This document shows positions 16,264 to 24,747 of a stretch of DNA of 32,000 nt, in pieces. The first letter of the stretch is position 1; the number at the start of each line of letters is the position of its first letter. Below the pieces are notes generated by a model that saw only the letters and a list, made by a program, of their open reading frames with translations, did no database searches and was not told where the DNA came from. The stretch lies in the NCBI GenBank assembly GCA_964354495.1, contig CAYHAA010000001.1:487049-519048 (forward strand), given 5' to 3'. The DNA comes from an uncultured archaeon (GTDB lineage Archaea; Asgardarchaeota; Thorarchaeia; Thorarchaeales; Thorarchaeaceae). The position numbers and the translations under genes were made by a program.

Positions 16264-17346
16264 CTACTGGTTCTTTGCTTGGAAGTCTTTCATGAACTCA
16301 GCGAGCTTTTTCACTCCTTCCAAGGACATGGCGTTGTATGTTGAGGCTCTCATGCCTCCAACGGAACGATGGCCCTTCAGACCGATCAGGTCCAATTTGG
16401 TTGCTTCATCGACGCATTTCTGCTCAAGCTCAGGTGTTGCCAACGTGAATGTGATATTCATCAAGGAGCGTGAGTCTGGTACAGCATGACCCTTGTAGAA
16501 ACCCTTGGAACCATCGATCACATCATAAATCACCTTTGCTTTCGCTCGGTTGCGCTTTTCAATCTCCTTGATTCCACCGATGCCTTTCATGTACTCCAAG
16601 GCGAGCTTGGCTATGTATATAGCAAATACAGGTGGCGTGTTGTACATTACATCCTTGGCATGAGTACCGTATTTCAGCATGGTCGGTGTCTTTTCTGGCA
16701 CTCGCCCGAGCAAGTCTTCTCTCACAATCACAAGTGTTACGCCAGCTGGGCCAAGATTCTTTTGAGCGCCGCCGTAAATGAGCCCGAAGTCTTTCACGTT
16801 GACTGCTCTTGCCATCAAGTCTGAGGACATATCACAAACGAGGGGAACATCCTTTGGCACCTTTGGCCAATACTGCCATTCTGTCCCGTAGATTGTGTTG
16901 TTGCTGGTAATGTGCCCAAATGCAGCCTTGTCACTAAAGCTGACATTCTTGGGGATATATGAGAATTTCTTGTCCTCCGAGGAAGCGATAACCTTGACGT
17001 TTCCGTAGAGCTCGGCCTCATTTATTGCCTTTTGTGACCATGAACCAGTGGACACATACTCCATTGGCTTGCCTGCGACTTGAAGATTGAGAGGAGCCAT
17101 AAAGAATTGTGTTGATGCTCCGCCGCCTAACCAAATCACTTTATAGTCTGAAGGCACGCCCATGACCTCTCTTACAAGACCATCAACGTCGGTCATGGCC
17201 TTTTCCCATTGCTTTGAACGGTGTGATATTTCAATCACAGACATTCCAGTCCCCGCAAAATCCAAGAATTCATCCCTAGCCTTTTCAAGAACAGGAAGAG
17301 GGAGAGTTGCTGGACCTGCATAGAAATTGAATACTCTCTTTGCCAT
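16264..17346 (-). CDS. serC: Phosphoserine aminotransferase (bacterial/E. coli-type SerC)
   Basis: FNFYAGPATLPLPVL, SVIEISHRS, LGGGAS.QF, TGSWSQKA, NNTIYG, CDMSSD, GAQKNLGPAG (PLP Lys), YNTPP, SRSLMN, GHRSVGGMRAS.YNA. ATG 17346 follows SD AGGTGA. Confidence 0.96.
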   Translation of the reverse strand: MAKRVFNFYAGPATLPLPVLEKARDEFLDFAGTGMSVIEISHRSKQWEKAMTDVDGLVREVMGVPSDYKVIWLGGGASTQFFMAPLNLQVAGKPMEYVSTGSWSQKAINEAELYGNVKVIASSEDKKFSYIPKNVSFSDKAAFGHITSNNTIYGTEWQYWPKVPKDVPLVCDMSSDLMARAVNVKDFGLIYGGAQKNLGPAGVTLVIVREDLLGRVPEKTPTMLKYGTHAKDVMYNTPPVFAIYIAKLALEYMKGIGGIKEIEKRNRAKAKVIYDVIDGSKGFYKGHAVPDSRSLMNITFTLATPELEQKCVDEATKLDLIGLKGHRSVGGMRASTYNAMSLEGVKKLAEFMKDFQAKNQ

Positions 17347-17377
17347 ATTACTCACCTTCGCAATCTTTTCCTTTCGC

Positions 17378-18709
17378 TCACAGAAGCTTGTTCAACGTGA
17401 ACCCAGTCCACACCTTGGGCTGGAAGAACGTACTCTTCTGAGGCATGACCTCGAAATTCCTCGAAACAGCCTCGACTTCTTGTACTCGTGTCGGGTTCAT
17501 AAAGAAGACGGCTTGTGCACCTTTCTTCACGCTCTGTATTGACTCATCTACCGCATCTCCGATTCCTTTGATGTAGATGACGTACCCTTCGCCTTTCATA
17601 GTGCCCTGAGCAAGTTTCTCTTTGCCGATGCCAAGCATCTTGTCCAATATGAGGGTGTGTAAAACCGCTACGTCGAGCTTTCTCAGCTCCGGAGACTTGT
17701 CGGGGAGTAGTGAGTCCATTACTGTTCGGCTCTGCAATGTTAGGGCATAGTATTTTCCATCGTTGATGAATAGTCCAAAGGCGTTCTTGCTCTCCTTGAA
17801 CCTCCTATTCATGACTTCGAACATCTTCTCCTTGGCAGCAAAAGCCTCTAGGTCGAAGTGCTCCTTGATGCCCTTGAGCAGCTTGTCCTTTGAGAAACCC
17901 TCCAAATTCTGGATGAGTCTATGCGTTGGCAATACAGCAAGACCCGGGTTTAATATGTTCACAAAGGTCATCATCCTGAACTTTGCGCTCTGAAGTTTCG
18001 GATTTTCCTTGGAGAGAGCAAGTGCAGTCTTGTACCTGTGATGCCCGTCTGCGATGATTACATACTTCTCTTTCATCAGCTTGGTGATTTCCTGCAAATC
18101 CTGCTTCTTCGTTATTCTCCAGAGCCTATGTCGTATTCCATCCACGTCAGTCACATCTCCGATTGGAGAGCTCTTCATATGTCTCTCCAAGATTGTATCC
18201 ACCCTCCTCTCATGATCAGGATAGATTACGAAAATCTGTCCGAAGTTGGTCATACAGGTTCTACATAGATTGAGCCTGTCCTCGATGTCCTTTGGGAGCG
18301 TTTCTTCGTGCTGGAGAATCCCAGTAAAAGCTCCGGTAGTTGGAGCCTTCTTGGCGAACTCCTCGAGTTCAATCAATCCAATGAAACCGAATCTAGACAG
18401 CTGCTTTCCATCAATCTCAAAGTCTTGACCATAGACGTAGAATGAATCAGCATCATCCTGTTTCAAGACGCCTTGCCGAATCCATTTGTCGAGATGGTCC
18501 TTGGCCCGGGTATATTGATTACGGGCTGGCGTATCACCCTCTTCTGATTTGTTCTTGGTGATCCAAGCCATGTTGTATTCTGATAATGATTGTAGTTTGT
18601 CAATCATATCGCCCTTGATGATATCATAAGGCGGTGCTACGAGGTTTGCCAGCTTCCCCGCTTTGTTCTCATCAAATCTGTACGCTTTGAATGGCTTTAC
18701 ATTGACCAT
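17378..18709 (-). CDS. DUF1015 family protein
   Basis: VKPFKAYRF, LVAPPYD, ILQHEETL, IIADGHHRY.TA, LPTHR, MPQKSTFF.PK are family hallmarks. It sits directly upstream of serC, a known neighbour. Confidence 0.9.
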   Translation of the reverse strand: MVNVKPFKAYRFDENKAGKLANLVAPPYDIIKGDMIDKLQSLSEYNMAWITKNKSEEGDTPARNQYTRAKDHLDKWIRQGVLKQDDADSFYVYGQDFEIDGKQLSRFGFIGLIELEEFAKKAPTTGAFTGILQHEETLPKDIEDRLNLCRTCMTNFGQIFVIYPDHERRVDTILERHMKSSPIGDVTDVDGIRHRLWRITKKQDLQEITKLMKEKYVIIADGHHRYKTALALSKENPKLQSAKFRMMTFVNILNPGLAVLPTHRLIQNLEGFSKDKLLKGIKEHFDLEAFAAKEKMFEVMNRRFKESKNAFGLFINDGKYYALTLQSRTVMDSLLPDKSPELRKLDVAVLHTLILDKMLGIGKEKLAQGTMKGEGYVIYIKGIGDAVDESIQSVKKGAQAVFFMNPTRVQEVEAVSRNFEVMPQKSTFFQPKVWTGFTLNKLL

Positions 18710-18909
18710 AGTGATTACTTCCTTGCTCTGTTCAGTGTCTGTACTGAAGGTCTGCCTGATAACGGGCCCATATCTTCTTTTTCATAAGTCTTTCTTTTCG
18801 TCTACAAGTTTATCTAGGCTCATGCATATGCTACGTGAATCCAAGCGTCAACCTTAAATGAAGGTTGAGGCCGTCAGCGAGAAATTCAGCCATCAGGGGC
18901 GAGTCAAAG

Positions 18910-19185
18910 GTGGAATTCTGCGAGAAATGTGGTGCATTGATGCTTCCTAAGAAAGAGGAAGGTCGAAAGCTGTCAATTCTGAAGTGCCGAGAATGTGGGT
19001 ATGAGAAGTCGGTAAAGACTAATCCTGCCTACAAGGTCGAGTACAGAATAAAACACTCTCCTCGTGAGAAGATCGTTGTCGTTGAAAAAGAGTCTAATAA
19101 TACTGATGAACTGTCTGAGGATGAGCGTCGTGAGCGCTGGAAGGAAGTTCTTGAGTTTTACGAGGCTGAGGGCGAAGAAGAATGA
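18910..19185 (+). CDS. Transcription factor S / RpoM-like protein, N-terminal zinc ribbon only
   Basis: EFCEKCGALMLP...LKCRECGY is the TFS/Rpb9 N-terminal Zn ribbon. It is followed by a linker and acidic tail with no second ribbon. Probable start GTG 18910. Confidence 0.8.
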   Translation: MEFCEKCGALMLPKKEEGRKLSILKCRECGYEKSVKTNPAYKVEYRIKHSPREKIVVVEKESNNTDELSEDERRERWKEVLEFYEAEGEEE

Positions 19186-19299
19186 CCTACTGATATCTTT
19201 AATATTGAGTTGTCGTAGTACTATGCATAGTAAGAGTAAAAACCATGAAACTATCCTGGCTTTGATTCAAGCTCATTTTCCAATCCCCGCTTTTTAGGG

Positions 19300-20220
19300 T
19301 TGCACACTCATTCAATGGAGGACTTAACAAAGATGGAAAGCGAACTCCACTATGATTTTCAGAGCTTTTTATTGTCGAACGGAAGCATCGCTGACAAGGC
19401 GAGACTAGTTGCTGCTGGCAATAAGATACCAGCAGGTATTCAGGACAGTGTCATAACTGACCTGAAGACCCTTCAGAATAGTGATGGTGGAATCCCCTTT
19501 GAATTCAAGCTGGGCGCCCCTAGTTCTGTCAAACTGACATCTGAACTTCTGACGCTCATCTCGAGATTCAAGGTGAAGGAAAAGAAACTTGTAGAGACGA
19601 TGATGGGCTTCATCATTTCAAGACAGAAGAATGATGGAGGTTTTGCGGAGTCGCTAAAGATCGATCCATATATTGAAGACACATGGAGTGAAGTTGGAAG
19701 GGAGTGGTATCCAGTGGGCACAAGCATAACATGGTTGACAGGCAAGGCACTAGAAGCGCTTTGTTCAGCTGGATATGACGATCAGCACCGTCTGCGTCGA
19801 GCGAGGGACTTCTTGTTGTATACCCAATATGAAGACGGACATTGGCCTGATTTCAAAGGCCAAAAACTCTCTGACCCGCTTGGGACAGGCAACATACTCC
19901 TTGGTCTACAAGCCGTGGGTATCAATTCTGACAACAAGGTGTTCGAAGATGGAAGGGCTGCCCTACTTCAGCATATGAAGAATAGCATCGAAGCCAAGTC
20001 CATTTTTGATGTTGTAGATCTTACAGCGATTGGTAAACCAAAGTCCGATCTTGAAAAAGAGATTCTCAAGAGAGGGCTCGAACTAATCATTCAGACCCAA
20101 AACACCGATGGCGGATGGATCCCTCTTGGGGCGAAGAAAAGTGATCCCGAATTGAGTTCGAAATTGGTGCTCGAGTTCAAAAGGGCAAGGTCGTCACGTG
20201 ACAAGGTGATGGTGGAATAG
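19300..20220 (+). CDS. Prenyltransferase/squalene oxidase repeat (QW-motif) protein, alpha-alpha toroid
   Basis: Four QxxDG[G/H][W/F/I] repeats: QNSDGGIP, QKNDGGF, QYEDGHWP, QNTDGGW. Start may be TTG 19300 or ATG 19315. Confidence 0.8.
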   Translation: MHTHSMEDLTKMESELHYDFQSFLLSNGSIADKARLVAAGNKIPAGIQDSVITDLKTLQNSDGGIPFEFKLGAPSSVKLTSELLTLISRFKVKEKKLVETMMGFIISRQKNDGGFAESLKIDPYIEDTWSEVGREWYPVGTSITWLTGKALEALCSAGYDDQHRLRRARDFLLYTQYEDGHWPDFKGQKLSDPLGTGNILLGLQAVGINSDNKVFEDGRAALLQHMKNSIEAKSIFDVVDLTAIGKPKSDLEKEILKRGLELIIQTQNTDGGWIPLGAKKSDPELSSKLVLEFKRARSSRDKVMVE

Positions 20221-20480
20221 ATGTGTTGGACACCCAAAGATTCCCTCATGCCAAGAGAGTCGAGGCTCAATCGGTCTGTGGTTGCTAGCAAGGTGAATCC
20301 TCGAGTCATACAACATCATGAAGGTGCAACATAGATATATTGTGGGATTCATAAATAGGGCTTGACACAAAGCCCCTCTTCTATTCCGGAGGGCTTTCGC
20401 GGATTGATTTCTCAGAATCCTTTACATGTGGTTGTGTCTCTGTGTCAACGGGACTAGATAGAACTGGATGAGTGAGTCTA

Positions 20481-20957
20481 ATGAACCTGAAAGTACGAAG
20501 AGATGGCGAGATTGTCGAACTTCGCAAGGTTGAACTTGACACACTAAGTCCTCCTCTATTCAGAACTCTGATTGGATATAACTCTCTGAAGCGCATTGGC
20601 TACTCTATCTCATTCATTCGTCCCAAGAAGAGCTCAAGTGGCGACTTTGAACGGATTCGGTACAATTTCATTGAACGCGGAGTCATGACCAGACAGCTTG
20701 AGGGCCAGCTTGAGCCTGATATGAAAAGAGGCATTCTGAATCAGCTTCCTCGTGGCAACTTTTCAATAATTCTTCTTCTAACACAGATACCGAGGCGAGG
20801 AGTCAATATTCGTCTTGACAAATTTGAATACGAGTTTCTGGGTTGTATCCTTCTGAGGAATGAAGAAACATTAGATGTTGTCATGAATACGACTCCGACT
20901 CGTGATATCCTGCTGCCGATGTATCCAGACAGTGAAACCACACCTCTAGAGAGCTAG
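20481..20957 (+). CDS. Hypothetical protein (~158 aa)
   Basis: Open frame with protein-like composition. ATG 20481 follows SD-like GAGTGA. No motif recognised. Confidence 0.6.
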   Translation: MNLKVRRDGEIVELRKVELDTLSPPLFRTLIGYNSLKRIGYSISFIRPKKSSSGDFERIRYNFIERGVMTRQLEGQLEPDMKRGILNQLPRGNFSIILLLTQIPRRGVNIRLDKFEYEFLGCILLRNEETLDVVMNTTPTRDILLPMYPDSETTPLES

Positions 20958-20959
20958 TG

Positions 20960-21172
20960 TCAAATCTCTCTTGCAAAAGGCGTTGTCTTCTTCTCAAGTT
21001 GACGCAGTTCACTCCTTTTCTTCCATGCTCTATACCCCGCAAGAGCAGCTCTCAAGCCAAGGAGTGAAATAGGTATTGCGTACCAGATGAAGAGAATCGT
21101 GAGATCATACTGAAGCATTCTTGGTCCATGGTGCTGCTTGGCGAAAGGAATTAAGGCTGTTGCATATGGCAT
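20960..21172 (-). CDS. Possible small single-pass membrane protein
   Basis: Fills the gap between two genes without overlap. One hydrophobic segment (LTILFIWYAIPISLLGLRAALAGY) followed by a basic tail (RAWKKR). The start could be the internal Met (MLQYD). Confidence 0.45.
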   Translation of the reverse strand: MPYATALIPFAKQHHGPRMLQYDLTILFIWYAIPISLLGLRAALAGYRAWKKRSELRQLEKKTTPFAREI

Positions 21173-21228
21173 CGTTCAACTTCATTTTTATCTAGGGATT
21201 CGATATACTGATTCGAGGAGAAAGTTGA

Positions 21229-22926
21229 TTGTCCAAGATTTCTAGAGATGTTCCCAAGGCAATTGCAGCTTTCGGAGAGAAGCAGTTCAATGAAACTGGG
21301 GCTGCTGCTGTTGAAGTCCTCAGGGTGAAGGAAGCCGTACTGAGGAAGCACTTCCGAGAGCTCAGGGGAATTCTATACCTTGTGGCTGTCGTATCCACCG
21401 ATCGAGTAAGAGTCTACTTCTTCAATGCCGCCGGTGTGATGGTCATTGGCGAGAATCTAGACCTGTCTGTCTATGACGATATAAGAAAGAGTTCAAAGCT
21501 CTTGGCGAAGTATGAGAAGCCCAGACCCCTGACCCCCGAGGAGCTTCGCATTGAGGCTACTCAAGACCTGCGCGATGCTCTAGGGAAGGCCATTCGAAGG
21601 GTGTCACGTTTGCTCTCTCTGAAGGAACCGGAATTCCCGGACATCTTTGTCACTCGGTCAGAAACTGAGAGAGGAAGCCAGACCTTCGGAATTCAGGTGA
21701 CTGACGGCGGTGAACTACTGTTTGAAGAATCCATAATCGCCAAGATCTGGCATGAGGGTCTCTTGCTTCGAGTTGCATATCTATTGCACTTTGACAAGTC
21801 ACAATGGAAGAGTGATTTTGCAAGTTCCGTGGGGAATAGCATAGCTTACTCTCTTCTCAAGGATGAAGCCAAGGCTGCGTGGCATAGTGAATGGAAGAAG
21901 CGGAGCAAGGGGAGTATTTGGGAGCCCATCGTCAACCACTTCAATAATCATGCTTTGACGTATTCACCGAAGGGTTATCTCTGGCTAACCTCTGTCCTGC
22001 GCGAACTGCCCACAAACATTGATTTTTCCGAATGGGTAACTTCAGTTCAGGCTGTTCACGACTCATTATCGGTTTCCCTCGGCACAGAGGAATACCACAT
22101 CATAGATGGTTTCTGCAAGACCCTTGCAAATCCTCAGCAGTTGACAAAGCAGCGCTATTTGCTGGATTTGATTCATCTCTCCCCTCGGGCCCTGTGTGAT
22201 CCCACATCTCTAGGATTCCAGCTTTCGCTCGAAGAGAGTGAACAAGCGGCTGGGAATCCATGGGTGTCGATTTCGTATATTGATGGTGCAACTGTGAGAT
22301 CGCTCGATGTAGTTGAAGGCAGCAAGCATGTCATTGACTCGATTGAGTACTGGCTTAACTTAGAAGACATCTTCCCTTTGACTGGCGGTCCCATTTCACA
22401 CGGTTTGTCTGTCGTCAGGCATGCCTTGGAGAAGGCTGGTCTCAAGGAACCAGTGAAGGCGACGTTCGAAGCCACACTAGAAATGAAGGAGAGACCACAG
22501 CTGGAGCAAAAGGAAGCTGCAGTTCTTGAGCGACTCGTGCTTGGTGAGTTGGCCATTCTATCGAACACTCTAGTAGGCTCGCCTCTGATTGTTAGAAATC
22601 TGGTAGAGAAGCGAGCCATTGTCCTTGTACCATCTTTCAGTCATCTAGGCATACAACCCGAATTCTTGATTGAGGGTCAGGCCGAGAGAGTCAAAGGACT
22701 AGCCCGCTTAGCACCAGAAGCCACGATATTCGACTCGGGAGATCGCGCCAACGCGATTCTATCTGCCCCGACAAGTTGGAGGGCTAATCTCGTTGAGTCT
22801 ATCGCAAGGGAGAAAGTGTCACTCTGGCCAATCCTCTCGGCGAAATCATCACGACGACTCATTCGTGATGAGGTATCATTCCCCACTGGTGATGGTCCTC
22901 ATGCTTGGACGGCGGACTCTACCTGA
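21229..22926 (+). CDS. Large hypothetical protein (565 aa)
   Basis: Long uninterrupted ORF with TTG start after SD-like GAGGAG. Its 3' end overlaps the convergent GTPase gene by 8 bp. No family confidently recognised. Confidence 0.8.
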   Translation: MSKISRDVPKAIAAFGEKQFNETGAAAVEVLRVKEAVLRKHFRELRGILYLVAVVSTDRVRVYFFNAAGVMVIGENLDLSVYDDIRKSSKLLAKYEKPRPLTPEELRIEATQDLRDALGKAIRRVSRLLSLKEPEFPDIFVTRSETERGSQTFGIQVTDGGELLFEESIIAKIWHEGLLLRVAYLLHFDKSQWKSDFASSVGNSIAYSLLKDEAKAAWHSEWKKRSKGSIWEPIVNHFNNHALTYSPKGYLWLTSVLRELPTNIDFSEWVTSVQAVHDSLSVSLGTEEYHIIDGFCKTLANPQQLTKQRYLLDLIHLSPRALCDPTSLGFQLSLEESEQAAGNPWVSISYIDGATVRSLDVVEGSKHVIDSIEYWLNLEDIFPLTGGPISHGLSVVRHALEKAGLKEPVKATFEATLEMKERPQLEQKEAAVLERLVLGELAILSNTLVGSPLIVRNLVEKRAIVLVPSFSHLGIQPEFLIEGQAERVKGLARLAPEATIFDSGDRANAILSAPTSWRANLVESIAREKVSLWPILSAKSSRRLIRDEVSFPTGDGPHAWTADST

Positions 22927-24583
22927 TGATTGCGATGATGGTCCCTATCGCCCTTGTATTCTCTTCCCTTAGAACGATTCTGTCATCGACTCCGACTGCC
23001 TCTGGTGTCACCATGAATCTCAGCCGGACTCTTGCGAAGTCTCCCACAGACAAATAATCGGCATCGTATATCCTATCGAGAACGACTGTCTGCTGGATTG
23101 TGTGACACTGCAATACGGGTGTGTAGCCCACAGCGATTCTTGTCGGATGTCTTGTGACCACTATGTTGGCTTCAAATTCCCAGCAGCTCTGAACCTGTTC
23201 TTCAGGATCAGTTATCATCTGTCCTCGTCGAATCGAATGTTTGGCGACATCTTTGATGTCGAATCCAAAGAGATCGCCGGCTCTTGCAGCATTGATTCGT
23301 TTCTTGAACATCTCGATACTGAATAGTCTGCCTTCCTGAAACTGATTGTTCTTTTCGGGACCGACCTTTACAGTCTGTCCTGTCTTGAAGATTCCCGATT
23401 TTACGGTGCCCGTCACAACGACATTAGTTCCTTTGATCCCTCGGTACACTTTGTCAATGTAGGCACACGCGGTATCCGTAGGACTGGCATACTTTGTATT
23501 AGAAGGAACACTTCTGAGAAGATCTGTGAGCAGCGCTATTGATGTGGAATCCAGTGCAGAAAAAGGAACGACTGGTACAATCACTCCGTGCTGAATCTCT
23601 TTTGCGAGGAGCGGTATCTCGTCCGGAGACCGGAGTGTCAGAGGTATCTTACCAATGTCCTTGAGGCTTGACCTCAGGATGTTGTATACGAGCTCAAAAT
23701 CCTCAGCACGTGTCTTGTCTATCTTGGATATTACAACAAAGAATGGAGCCTGCTGGCTGGACATGAGGATCAGATGTTCTCTTGTGATCTCATCCAGTCT
23801 GGGGATTCTCGTGCGGTCTTCCTCTTGGCGTATCAGGCGTGCCTCTTCGGGCCCCGGGACGAGGATGAGGCCGTATTGAGCATCAGCACTCAGAATGCTT
23901 CTTATCATGGTCTTACTGAATTCTCGATGACCCGGCGCGTCGAAGAATGTCACTATCTTCGTAGACTGGTCAAGAATCCTGGCAGACTCCTCCTTGTTGA
24001 GAGGATTCACAGGATGAATTGGACATCCTTTCTCATCGAATCCTAGAAATGAAAGGTGAATATCTGCTGTCTGCCCTCGCGTAATCTCCTGTGGGTGTGT
24101 GAGTAGAAATGACCTGGATCTTCCCTTTCCGTCATCCGGTTTTCCAGTAACAAGTGCTCCGACCAGACTGGACTTTCCTGAGTTCACCCTTCCTGCTATA
24201 TTCACAGAGCATGTTTCCTTGATCTCAGGTGCTGCCAGTTTCTTCAACAGGTAGATTCCCACAAGTCCCTTTGGGGTCTCTACTTGCTCCTCTTCCACTA
24301 TCTCCACTGCTGCTTCTTCACAGAGATCCTTCAATACCTCCTCAGCAATCTTGAGAGCAGGCGCAGAGATACCAAAGATCTTCCACTCCTTTCCTGCAAT
24401 ATCATCAATCCCCAGGAGGAAGAGACCTTCAAATGGATTCTCACATGTCAAGTACTTTATTCTAGTGACGAGCTTCTCTCGTCTGTCTTTCTTAAGGTCC
24501 GCTTTTGTTAGTCTTCTCTTGAATTCGGTATGATGGTCCTCCCCACTCTTGAGTATTTGCAGAATATCATCATGAGATGTCAT
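22919..24583 (-). CDS. GTPBP1/GTPBP2-like translational GTPase with N-terminal Schlafen/AlbA_2-like domain
   Basis: G1 AGRVNSGKSS, switch I HPQEITRGQT, G3 DAPGH, G4 SKID; EF-Tu-like domains II and III (VVVTGTVKSG, SIEMF; WEFEA.IVV..HPT.I.VGY.PVL, GDFARVRLRF). ATG 24583 follows SD GGAGAG. Confidence 0.88.
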   Translation of the reverse strand: MTSHDDILQILKSGEDHHTEFKRRLTKADLKKDRREKLVTRIKYLTCENPFEGLFLLGIDDIAGKEWKIFGISAPALKIAEEVLKDLCEEAAVEIVEEEQVETPKGLVGIYLLKKLAAPEIKETCSVNIAGRVNSGKSSLVGALVTGKPDDGKGRSRSFLLTHPQEITRGQTADIHLSFLGFDEKGCPIHPVNPLNKEESARILDQSTKIVTFFDAPGHREFSKTMIRSILSADAQYGLILVPGPEEARLIRQEEDRTRIPRLDEITREHLILMSSQQAPFFVVISKIDKTRAEDFELVYNILRSSLKDIGKIPLTLRSPDEIPLLAKEIQHGVIVPVVPFSALDSTSIALLTDLLRSVPSNTKYASPTDTACAYIDKVYRGIKGTNVVVTGTVKSGIFKTGQTVKVGPEKNNQFQEGRLFSIEMFKKRINAARAGDLFGFDIKDVAKHSIRRGQMITDPEEQVQSCWEFEANIVVTRHPTRIAVGYTPVLQCHTIQQTVVLDRIYDADYLSVGDFARVRLRFMVTPEAVGVDDRIVLREENTRAIGTIIAIIR

Positions 24584-24623
24584 CAAGCGCTCTCCGATAC
24601 ATGCAATTGGTTCTATCAATGAG

Positions 24624-24629
24624 TTATAA
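24624..24629. promoter_or_regulatory. Palindromic TATA-like box TTATAA in the divergent GTPase/tldD intergenic region
   Basis: TTATAA lies about 40 nt upstream of the GTPase ATG, compatible with a short leader carrying the SD. Confidence 0.35.
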
Positions 24630-24747
24630 GTACTACCGCACTATCTTTTGTTGTAGGCTCACAACGCTTTCAGCGTAGATAGCAATCTTATTAGAGGTTT
24701 CCAATTTAGCAGGAATCACAATCTTGACGAATGGAGTTGCGATTTCA

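Noticed and set aside
24641-24682. Possible three-way junction (CTATC/GATAG, GTTGT/ACAAC, GCT/AGC) between the GTPase and tldD
   Set aside because: Stems are only 3-5 bp, expected by chance, with no resemblance to a known RNA family.
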